DNA of 64,000 nt from the human T2T-CHM13v2.0 reference genome, Homo sapiens. The position numbers and the translations under genes are program-made. The notes under the pieces are model-generated. The model made no database searches, was not told the origin of the DNA, and saw nothing but the letters and a program-made list of their open reading frames with translations. This document shows, piece by piece, positions 43,306-55,340 of this stretch. The stretch lies in the NCBI RefSeq assembly GCF_009914755.1, contig NC_060926.1, one strand, 5' to 3'. Within the stretch, counting starts at the first letter, position 1. The number at the start of each line of letters is the position of its first letter.

Positions 43306-44284
43306 ATTCCCCTGTTTGTTCTTTAACCAGACATACCAATCTATGCATTTAATAAAATTTAATGACATTTATTTAATGTTTTTGTATGTGTGTATTTATA
43401 TCTGTATCTCCAAACTGTAGTTGTCTCATGCTTTTATCTTTATCCTCCCCCTATATTTTCTCTCCATTAATACTGTCTTTAATTTAAATATGGTTGTCAC
43501 CATGATACATAGTGACCCTAATGAGGTGTCAGAAATATTTTAAACGTAGCTCATTTCTTCGACTGTCACTCTAATCCCTTAACAAGTACTACATATTTAA
43601 GATATAAATAGATCTCCTTTATTCCAATTCTTCCTTGGCAGCTTAATTCAAGTCCTACCATCTCTTGGTCTAATTTTCTATGGACTACCAGTTCTCAGTG
43701 GACTACAATAATAACTTTCTAAATAAGCTTCACTCACTTTCCTTATTTCTAATTTATTCATCTATATGATTAAAATCTCTTAAAATACAGCACTAATAAC
43801 TTTAAAAAATTTAGTAATATTTAACAACAGCCTTAAAATGTAGGAATTTGACTTTGTGATTTATTTTTGGGCATTTCAGTGGCTAAAGAAAAATATCTTA
43901 AGTAAAGAAAATCATTTAAATACTATGATTATAGCCATTTTTAAATTGGCAAAACTTTGAAAAATACTATAAATGCTAAACAATATAGGAATCGATCTTT
44001 TTATTAGACACTATGTAGCCATTAAACATTAGGCTTGAGATTATATGGGGAAAGTATTTTGACATAATGAAAAGTTTAGAAAACTTTTTAAAATGCTTGG
44101 GTAACATGCTTAACAAATCGACAAATTTTCATAAACAAATGATAGAAGAAATATTATTAAAAGAGAAAAGTGATCATTCATGAATTCCTTCTACTTTTTT
44201 GTATTTTCCAGTGTTTCCATAAGAAACAAATCTTACTTTCATAATAAACGATAATACATCTATTATTTTAAGTTTTCTTAAAAA

Positions 44285-44626
44285 GCTGGCTAAAATATAC
44301 ATCATTTTAAAAATAAAGCTTCAGGCTGAGAAGAAGGAAAACTAGGAAAATATGAGTAAATGCAAGTGGTTACACCCATAGCCTAAATCCATAACATCCC
44401 AAAGAAATAAAGAGCACTAATGATTAAGCTCAAATAAAGACAGAAGGGGCTTTGCACAAAAAGAGATACAGAAAATCACAAGAAAGCCGAATGAAAAAAT
44501 CAGACACAATCAATTACCGAGAAAAGTTGCCCCCTCTCTGCAGCAGTAGATTGGTTAAAACTATCAAACAAAATGTTAATTTCTTTCCATATATAATGTG
44601 GCAGGCTAAATAACAATCTCCCAAAG
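44285..44626 (-). repeat. Inverted duplication, right (derived) arm, 342 bp
   Basis: Reverse complement of 42967-43305, apart from one CpG transition and a small 3 bp indel/substitution patch. Confidence 0.97.
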
Positions 44627-45744
44627 TAGTTTCCTATTACTTATATTACTGCTTCCCAAAATTGCCCTGATGTCCCAAGAACTGAAAGGACCAATGCTTT
44701 GCAGATAAATGTGCCACGGCTTCTTAGCTGGAAAACTGCAACGAAGCCAGATTTTCTCAGGATAATGCATAATTCCCTTAATAGTTTGACTTAAATGCAA
44801 TACCGCCCATATTTTCTACCATTCTTCAATATAAATCTTATGGAAAATAATTATATTTTTTGAACATATAACAGAGTCTTGTCTCTTTATGTGGTCTTTT
44901 TTTTTCCTCTCCATCTGATAAACGTATTCAACTATCAAAACGTGGTTTAACTGCTCTCCTGCTGTGAAATTTCTATGACAATCCAAAGTAGGGGTTATAG
45001 ACTCAAATACTCAAAAGTTGTAGACGGCAGCAAATTATTTGGTTGAATGGTTGGTTTTTGTTGCTCTTCTTCTTTCCAACCCGTTTGTAATACTGCTTAC
45101 TGTACTGCAAGCCTAAAACATTGCATGTTCCACCACATTAAAGCATAAAATTATCTGCCAAATGTAAGGTCAAATAAGAGAGAGAAAGAGAGAGAGAAGG
45201 AAGACAGGGACATAGGAAGGCAGGCCGGCAGGAAGACAGGACAAAGGTGTGACACGTAGTGTCCAAATAAAACACATCTCTCAAGCAGATTTGGAATTAT
45301 TGTCTGCCAAATTGCCACCAATGTGCTAACCTGTCCAGCCTGTGAGGTACATGTGCTTTGTATAAACCTGTATTATCCCCCTTAGCCCATTTAATCGCAG
45401 TTGTTTAGTTGCATTTGTTTTTGTTACTGTCCCTCAAGAGTAGGTATTCTGTCTTAATCATCTCCTAATTTCAATGTTTGGGATTTTGTATATAACATAA
45501 TAGCACATGTTATCTTACACATATTCATTTAGGATTTTCATGTACTTGTTTTAAATTGTGAAGTCTTCCAAAAAACACAGATCATATATTCTCCTTTCTT
45601 TCTATCTCATAAGTTGGTATAATATAGAATTCTGCATGTGTACTCAGAAAATAAATGCAATTGACTGATAGACTGATTGTCCTAGTTGGAAGCATATTTT
45701 AAGAATGTTCACAGCAATTACTCTCACTATTTAAGATTATTGCA

Positions 45745-46263
<519 letters not shown>

Positions 46264-47234
46264 TTACCCATAGTGAGCATTAATCCAAATCATTTGTGTT
46301 GACTTTGATGAAGCTGCATCTGTTTGTAAAAGTGCTTTGATCTGTCTTACAAAGGAAATTGTCCGGAGGGTAATAATAGTCTGAGCCGAAGAGGATAGAA
46401 ATTTTCCTTTGTTTTCAGATTTTGAATTAGATAGCTTCGATAGCCAAAATGTCTCAGGGCTGGGAATATTACCTTTTCAATTTAATTTATAAATGTGTTA
46501 AACAGTTGTGTTTTTTTTTTTCTTCTTCTTCTTCTCCCCAAAACTATTTGTAATATTGCTTACTTCACTCCAGGTCTAAAACATTTTTATGCTCAATCAT
46601 GTTAAAGTGCAAAATTGTCTTTCAGTTTGTAGATCACCAAGATGGACTGTTTCTTTGAGAATAATTAATATCTGGAGACCCAATTTAGTCCTTTTTGTTC
46701 TAATGTTCAACAAAGATCCTCATTTATCAATGTATCTTTCCCTTGCGTCACATTGCTATCTGGAAAGCAGGTCACAGGAAGCACAGAATTGACTTTTAAG
46801 GTCTAGTATTCAAAGATGCTGTTCCAGTGAAATTGCATGTCCCCAAAGCAAAGATATCTAAAAGGTCGTTGCAGGGACAACCAAAACCACCTTATAATGA
46901 TAACAGAAGTTCAGAAAATGTTTTAAAGTGCTAGAGAAACTGCTTTCAACTGAGTAATATTGTAGTATAAAACATGAAGAGTATATTTATATGTGCATAG
47001 CAACCTTATTCAAATGGCCCAATCTGCTTAAAATAATACTGTAATTGATGTGATTATGAGGCCTGGTAACATTTTAATTTAGGAATTATGTTTTTAGTAA
47101 TATTGGTAAGGCCATTGAACTACACAGAAAGATCAATTAATAAAGACTCAGTCTAAATAGGAACGTGTTGCAATGAGGGGTGACTTTAAGCAATTTAAAA
47201 TTACAAATGACAGAAATATTTTCTAAAAAACACA

Positions 47235-47322
47235 TGAAGGAAGGAATAGAGAAAAAGAAGGAAGGAAAGAACAAAGGAAGAAAGGAACGAAGGAAGGAAA
47301 GAGGAAGAAAGAAAGGCAGAAG
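47235..47322. repeat. GA-rich (GAAG)n low-complexity tract
   Basis: Direct read. Confidence 0.85.
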
Positions 47323-48033
47323 GTTTAAAGACTAATTCATATATACTGTATAAAAATGCCAATCAAAGCAATATATATCACCTAAAGTATGTCTCTTTGG
47401 AATAAGCTAAAATTTTGTAACGTTATCAGTTAGCTTCTGCTTTTAAGAGATCTTTTCAGGGTTCCATTCTTGTTCATTACAAGTGTTCCCAGACTTCCTT
47501 TACTTCAAAAGCTCCTACAACTGATGAAAAACTATCATTATTGACACAGGTAATGCTGCATACACTATCGCTAGGCAGGAAAGAGTTTTAAATTTTATGC
47601 TTTCCCAGCAAAATAAAAAAAGTATATTGTTTAATTAAGCTTTTTAAACTGTTGCCTTATAATTCATTTATACAAAAATTATTGAGAGCTTATTATGTGT
47701 TTCACTTCAGGGATACAGAGAGAAGAAGCATGGAAGAAACTTAAAGAAGTCATAATCAAGATAAAAAAGAAAAATATAAAAATAAGAGGAACTCTATGAT
47801 AGATATTAGAGCAGAAGAAAATACAGGTTATTTTGGAGGATCAAATGGGTTTTTCTCCCACGTTTCAAAGTGTCATTATTTGTATGACATTTTATGACAT
47901 TTTACCATCTTAAATATTATGAAAGCCATTACAAGGACTGAGGAATTTCAAGTCCAAGTTTCAGTCCAAATGGTACTAATTTTTAATAAAGGAGAGAATG
48001 TCCTCAATTTCAGTAACATATTCACAAGATGTT

Positions 48034-48857
48034 TGTACTAGGTCTATTAGAGTTGTCCAGAGAAACAGAACCAATAGGATCAACAGGAGGTATTTGTATA
48101 TATATGTATATATGTGTACGTGTGTGTGTGCATTATATATACATACGTGTGTGTGTGTGTGTGTGTGTGTGTAGGAGAGAGATGTGAGAGATATTTATTT
48201 CAGGGAATTGGCTCATGTGACTACGCGGTCTAGTAAGTCCAAAATCTGCAGGTCAGGCCAGCAGGCTGGACTCAGGGATGAAAAACTGAAGTTGCAACTC
48301 CAGACCAAAGACAGTGTGAAGTCCGAATTATTCCCCAAGATACCTCAGTCTTTTCTCTTTTTATTTATTTGTTTATATTTTTTAGAGACAAAGTCTCAGT
48401 CTGTCACTTAGGCTAGAGTGCAGACGCAGGATTAGAGCTGCAGCCTTAAATCCCTGGGCTTGAAAAATCCTCCTGCCTCAAATTCCTGAGCAGCTGGGAC
48501 TGCAGGTTTGCACCACTATGCCTGGCTAATTCTTTTGTTGTTGTCGTTGTTGTTGTTGTTTTGTAAAGACAGAGTCTTGCTACATTGCCTGGACTGGTCT
48601 CGAACTCCTGGGCTCAAAAGATTGTCCCACGTCAGCATCCCAAAGTGTTGAGATATAGGGGGCGTGAGTTATTGCACCTGGCCAGTCTTCTCTCTTAAGA
48701 TCTTTAACTGAGGTCCACGCATATTATGGAGGGTAATCTACTGTATTCAGTCTCCTAATTTAAAGGTAATCCCATCTAAAAAATACCTTTATGACAACAT
48801 TTAGACTGAAGTTTGCCCATGATCTTGCCAAGTTGACACATAGAATTAACCATCCCA
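48034..48857 (-). mobile_element. MLT2D-like ERVL LTR with internal (TA)/(TG) tract, split by an Alu
   Basis: ccagagaaacagaaccaatagga...ggaattggctcatgtga...attatggagggtaatct...ccaagttgacacatagaattaaccatccca. Confidence 0.85.
48360..48683 (-). mobile_element. AluJ inside the MLT2D; TSD cagtctt(t/c)tctctt
   Basis: Diverged dimeric Alu with a (ttg)n middle linker; TSD on both sides. Confidence 0.88.
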
Positions 48858-50931
48858 CTAGCTTAGGGTTTTCCTCTGTATTTATGGTGTTTGAGCTTAT
48901 AGTTTCATGCGGAGGGATTTCTGTTACAGTAGCATCTCTATCTTTTCTCCCTAATGTTTACATATCACAAAAAATATGCAGTTAAGTTTCAATTGCTGGT
49001 GGCATGAGTCTGCCCATGCTTCTAACTGATGGAACTAATCTATTTTTTTTAAATTGACAATACCGAAGACTCATTCTTTCTTTTTTACCATCCCAGGTAA
49101 GAGGCAACAGTTCTTGGCTACTGTTACAAGTGAGTTGTTTTAGGATTTAAACTGTAGAGAAGTGCAGGATTTTAGCAAGTGCTTTTCACTGCACATATAA
49201 AAGCATGCCTTCCAGCCAGCAGTAATCAGTATTAAAGGTGACGTTTTAAATTTTATTTGCCTCCTAGAAATTGCTATTTGAATTGTTGTAAATTCAGAAT
49301 TTAAAACGGAGGGAGGCATTAATTAGTGTTCTAAAACCATAACACCTTCGTCTTGTCCTAGGACTTTCAGAAATGGACAAAGACCTGTACTTAGTGACCA
49401 AAATACAAGTGAGCATCAAAGTTTATGGGTAAGACACGGAGGCTGCTTTAAGTTTTCACTAAAATTAGTGCAGTTAACACGGGATTGTCCTCAGTGGGTC
49501 ATTGCCATTTATGGGCACGATGTCTCCTAGTAAGTGGATATCATTACACATCCAGGGCTACTCGTTAGTTAATAGAAGTTGACCTTCGTGAGGTTAGGTC
49601 CTGTGGAGGGTGGATGTCTTCAACTGACCTCACTTGATTCTTGCCCATATCAAAATAGGTATGGCTGAGGCCAATTATTAGGTTATACAGAATGGAGAAT
49701 CTTGAAGTCCTAGTTAAAAGCTTTTATATAAACGTCTTTAATGGATGGAACAATAATGGCTACTGCATTTTGGCTAATGTATTTTGCCTATTGCATTTCT
49801 CAGTCGGGCCTGTAGTTCTAGAACTTAAATTCCAAAGCGTCTAAATTATAGAGCAATGTGGAGCTCTGTTCCAGGTTTAGTTAATCAGCATTAAATAAGC
49901 TGTTTGAATTGTGTTCATCAAATGTCCTTTGGAGCTGCATTCAGGGCCAGCAGAAAGAATTGCGGAGAAACTAACTTCTTGGAATTATGCGTCGCCACCA
50001 CAGGCTTAGGAGTCTTCTTCTACCATGTGATCTCAGGTTGACTCTATCTACACTATATAATCATCAACAATGACTTCAGATTTCAGGAACCTAGTCAATG
50101 GTTTCATCCAGAGATCAGAGAATAAATTGTCTAGTGCACATATTAAAAGAAACAGTAATATTATTACCTAGTACAGCAGTCTTTAGTACTTTATCTTTTG
50201 TTTATGTGTGTCTAAAAAAATTTCAAAAACTACATACTAACTCCAAAATATTAAATTGACATTTAAAATTTGTTCTTAGGAAAAAGAAATTGTGAAGACT
50301 ATGAAACCAGTTACAGTGTAGGTATTGAGATTTTAAAATAAAATAACTGCTTAAATGGAAGCAATGTAATCTGACTATCATAGTAACAGTAAATACCTGT
50401 CATCTGTCAAAAAAAGAAGCTTAATTTTAACAATGAAAAATTTTATATGATGTTTTCCCTGAAATCGTATTTTCATTCTACTTCCCTCATATAATCTTGT
50501 GCAATATGAAATATTACATGCCTGAATGACTTTTGTCGATCCTCTTATATCCCAGCAACAAAAAATATAAATACAACTTAAAACTTTAAAATTGCTATTT
50601 GCTCTAGATTCTGTTATTTTTTAATTAAATTATCACTATAATTAGTCTTAATTTCAATTGATCAAAATAAAGTATATATTAAAATACATTTTTAATTGGT
50701 TATTGTTAAATCTTATTAAAAATTATTAAATCTTTTGTTGAGATGATTGTAGCTTGTGTTTTTAAATAGTTCCTGCACACATATATTACTGTTATTTGTG
50801 ATATAATAAAACAAGATTTAACCTAAGTTTCATTCCTGTACTTCACTTGTACTGATGTATACACTGACAAAATATGATCGTATTATATTAATACATGAGA
50901 AAGAAAGGAGTCTTGTTTTGTGGGTTTCAAA

Positions 50932-51226
50932 TTTTTTTTAATTTTTACATATTTAGAGAGCACAAGTGCAGATTTCTTACATGCATATATTGTGTGGTGA
51001 TGAAGTCTCACCCTTTAATGTACCATCATCCTGATAATGAACATTGTACCCAATAAATTCAACCCTCCCCCTCTCCCACCATCCCACCTTTCAAAGTCTC
51101 CAATGTCTATTATTCTGCTCTACATGTCTATGTTTACCTACTATTTAGCTCCCACTTACAAATGAGAACATGGGGTATTTGACTCTCTGTTTCTGCATTA
51201 TTTCACTTAGGATAACGGACTCCATG
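50932..51226 (-). mobile_element. L1PB-like 3' end fragment
   Basis: acaagtgcagatttcttacatgcatatattg...acattgtacccaata...tttagctcccacttacaaatgagaacatg. Confidence 0.8.
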
Positions 51227-51512
51227 TGTTGTTTTTAATAGTGATAACACACACTTGTCTTCTTTCAAAGAGCGTGCAAAAATTCACGTAGTCATCTATG
51301 ATTAAATGATGTTATAAATTATATATCATCCAACAAATTAATTATCCTTTTAATTTTACTGAGATAAAAGAAATAGAGATGCCCTCACTTGCAAAAATGA
51401 CTCATTAACCTATTTTAAAAGGTATTTTTTTAATTGCAGGAAAATATACCAATAAAGTATTAGAATAATTTATTAAATAATCGTTATTCTAAGTTGATAC
51501 CGTTTATTTCAC

Positions 51513-51581
51513 TCCTTCTTTCCTTCTTCCTTCTTTTCTTTCTACCTTCCTCCTTCTCTCCCTTCCTCCCTTCCTTCTCTC
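51513..51581. repeat. CT-rich (CCTT)n tract
   Basis: Direct read. Confidence 0.85.
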
Positions 51582-52285
51582 ATTCACTTTGAGAACTTTG
51601 TGAATTGAGTGCACTCCAAAGTGGTTAAGTTGTCTAACTATTGTTTTAATACGTTTTGCCAGTAAAATATACATGATAAAATGCTCTCATCATTTATCAT
51701 TTATACATGATAAAATGCTCTAATCAATGATATCATTTATCATTGATATATGTTGTTATCAAAACACTAAAGCCACAGATTCGGCTCATCTCATTTATGG
51801 AACATAAACACAAACTAGCTTAATTAGCAAATCCAATTTTCATTATCAAACTAACCAGCCAATCAGAATTATCTTTGGTTATAAAATAAAGTATGGCATC
51901 ATTTTTTAAAAGTAATTAAGTGCATTAATAGTATTTAGAGAAATATATAAATTATTTATATATAAATTGTAGAATCCATCTTACAGCATGCATTGCTAAA
52001 ATTAGCTGAATCGGATTTAAAAGCATAGGTGTCTGACATAATTTCTATTTTTTCAAAATAAGTTTTGAAAAGAAGCCAAATTATTTGTCTTATAATTTTA
52101 TTTTTAGTACTAAATGTAATATATACATAAAATTTATATATTTTTCAAAAGTGAAGAGTATAATAATAGGCATTATGTTCATAGGGTAAACGCCAGTGCA
52201 TAACTGTAGTGACCTCTAGTGTTTAACTTTTGCAAGTAATTATATAAAAACAATGTATAAAAAAGACATAAAAAAGCAAAAAATT

Positions 52286-52369
52286 ACATATGTATACATG
52301 TGCCATGCATATGTAACTAACCTGCACATTGTGCACATGTACCCTAAAACTTAAAGTGTAATAATAAAA

Positions 52370-52404
<35 letters not shown>

Positions 52405-52510
52405 AGATATAAATGAAAAAAAAAACAAAATAGAATTTGAGGAGTTCATGGTAAGACAATGGTTCTGAAAGGCAAGTTTTGGAATAAAAACATTGTTTAA
52501 AAAAAAAAAA
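52286..52510 (+). mobile_element. Very short 5'-inverted L1PA3-like 3' end with (TAAA)n tail and 3' transduction; TSD aaagcaaaaaatt
   Basis: Inverted acatatgtatacatgtgccatg, then forward catatgtaactaacctgcacattgtgcacatgtaccctaaaacttaaagt, tail, ~70 bp unique DNA with AATAAA, and a second poly(A). Confidence 0.85.
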
Positions 52511-52523
52511 AAAGCAAAAAATT

Positions 52524-52822
52524 GGCCAGGTGTGGTGGCTCACGTCTGTAATCCCAGCACTTTGGGAGGCTGAGGTGGGCGGATCACTTGAGGTCAGAAG
52601 TTCGAGACCAGCCTGGCCAACATGGGGAAATCCCATCTCTACTAAAAAAATACAGAAATTAGCTGAGTGTGGTGGCGGGCACCTGCAATCCCAGCTACTT
52701 GGGAGGCTGAGATGGGAAAATTGTTTCAACCTGGGAGATGGAGGTTGCAGTGAGCCGAGATGGCACCATTGCACTGCAGCCTGGGGCAAGAGAGTGAGAC
52801 TCTGTCTCAAACAAACAAACAA
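52524..52822 (+). mobile_element. AluSx/Sz
   Basis: ggccaggtgtggtggctcac...ggatcacttgaggtcag...gactctgtctc with (caaa)n tail; TSD caaaa(a)att. Confidence 0.95.
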
Positions 52823-52831
52823 ACAAAAATT

Positions 52832-53160
52832 GTAACCTTTGCAGCAACATGGATGCAACTGGAGGTTATTATCCTAAGAAAATTAGTGCAGGAAAACAAA
52901 ACCAAGCACCACGTGTTCTCACATAAATAGAGCTAAACATGGGGTACTCATGGACATAAAGATGGCAACAATAGACACTGGAAATACTACTGGGAGAGGG
53001 AGGATGCAGTGCATGGGTTGAAAAACAAACTTTTAGTTCTATGTTCAGTAGCTGGAGTGATGGCATCATTCATACCCAAACCTCAGCATCACATGATATA
53101 CCTAGGTAACAAATATACACCCCTGAATCTAAAATAAAAGTTGAGGGGAAAAAAAAGAAA
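52832..53160 (+). mobile_element. L1PA15/16-like 3' end (host of the Alu and mini-L1)
   Basis: cctttgcagcaacatggatgcaactggagg...catggacataaagatggcaacaatagacactgg...cccctgaatctaaaataaaagttga. Confidence 0.8.
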
Positions 53161-53169
53161 TCAGTAATA

Positions 53170-54040
53170 GAAAAAAAAAATGAGAAAGTCACAAATATGT
53201 GGACATTAAACTGTGTGCTCCTAAGTAACCAGTAGGTTAAAGTTTCGAGAAAAATTAGAATATATTTTAAGATGAACAATATGAAATGTACTAAAACTTA
53301 TAGGATGCAGCTAAAGCAGCACTCAGAGGGATATTTATAGCTGTAAACACCTATATTAAGAAAACAAAATCTCAAATAAATAACCTAACTTTCAACTTTA
53401 GAATAAAGTAGAAAAAGAAGAACAAATTAAACCCAAATCAAGCAGAAAGAAGGAAATAAGACAAAAGTGGAAATAAAATAAAATAAAATAAAATAAAATA
53501 AATAGAAAAACAGATGAAAAAAATGAATGAAACTAATGAATGGTTCCCTGGAAAGGTCAAGAAAATTGACAAACCTTTAGCTAGACTGACCAGGTAAAAC
53601 AGAGGGAAGATTTGAATTACTAAAATCAGAAATAGAAAAGGGACATCACTACTGACCTTCTGAATGTAGAAAACATTATAAGAAAATGCCATGAATAACT
53701 GTATGCTAACAAATTTAAAAACCTAGACGGAATGGACTCATTCCTGAAAAGACACAAATTATTCAAGCTGATCAAAGAGAAATAGAAAAATCTGAACAGA
53801 CATATAAAAGGTAAAAGGATTGAAATATTCATGTTTAAACTTTCCACAAAGAAAACTGCGGGCCCAGATGGCTTCCTTGGCAAATTCTACCAATCTTGTC
53901 AAGAAGAATTAAGACCAATCTTTCTCAAATTCTTACAGAAAATAGATGAGGAAGACATTTCCCATTTGTTCGATGAGGCTACTATTACCCTGATATCAAA
54001 ACCAGGAAATGGCATAAAAATAAGAGAAAACTATATATCC
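53170..54040 (+). mobile_element. Old L1M ORF2 fragment
   Basis: Translation KKTAGPDGFLGKFYQ...FLKFLQKIDEE...EATITLISKPG is homologous to L1 ORF2. Confidence 0.85.
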
Positions 54041-54049
54041 AAACTATAC

Positions 54050-54710
54050 TGAGACGCAGTTTCTTAATAAGATTGGCAAAAATCTAAAAGTTTAGCAATG
54101 TATTATTCTGATGAGGTTGTGAGAAAACAATGACTCATAAAATTATAGCGGGAATGTAAAATGATTCAACTTCTATGGAGGGAAATTTTGCAATATTAGC
54201 AAATTTTATATTTATTCTTAATCCCAGCAATCTCACTTCCAGGAATCTAACCCAAACATGACTGGCAAGTGCAAAAGGACATGTGGCAAGACTTTTTGAT
54301 CCTGTACTGTTTGTAAAGACTGAGAACCACCAAAGTGAAGACCCGTTGTGTCATGCATTCACCCAAGGATTAGGACTCCACAGCTATAAAAACAAATGAG
54401 TAGCTATGTAATCTTCAGGAAAAGCAGAGAAGTGAAGCACAAAAAACAAAATGGAGAAATGTGTGTAAAGTCCTCTATCATGTACGCGAGAAAGAGGAGG
54501 AGGAAAAGCAACACACATGCATTTATACTGAAAAACTAAAAGAATAAAACAAAATTTTTTTTTTTTAAATCTTACTTGTGGGAAGGAAGAACTAGGGAGA
54601 AGGATAGTTATAGTAGCCAGTCTCCTCTGAATGAATCTTGTTTGCAGATTTGGCTTTGCAAAAATGTAAATGTTTTACATAATTATTAAACAAAATTAAA
54701 TTTAAAAACA
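54050..54710 (+). mobile_element. Old L1M (ME/MC-like) 3' region
   Basis: gattggcaaaaatctaaaagt...gggaatgtaaaatg...cccagcaatctcacttccaggaatc. Confidence 0.6.
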
Positions 54711-55033
54711 AATTCATAAAACTATGCATGAAAAATCAAAGGAAAATTAAATAAGTGAAACTTTAAAAATGTTTTTTAAAAACCCAGAAATAGCTTCATG
54801 AAAGAAGCACAACTAAACTGTCTCTATGGATTTAATTTAAAAAATTACTGTTAAACATAAGATATACACTGAGTTTAGGATTAGGTAAGATTTAGTTTTT
54901 GTTAACATGATGTAGAAAAAGTGCTAAGCATTTTATAAGATGAAATAAAATGATAATTTGATTATAAGTAGAATATTTTGGGATACGATTTCGTTAAATA
55001 GACTGTAAAACCTGATTAAAATACATTCACTGA

Positions 55034-55340
<307 letters not shown>

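Noticed and set aside
52223-52858. 211 aa ORF and other Alu-overlapping ORFs (6861, 45906, 55027, 61222)
   Set aside because: Typical Alu and low-complexity translations.
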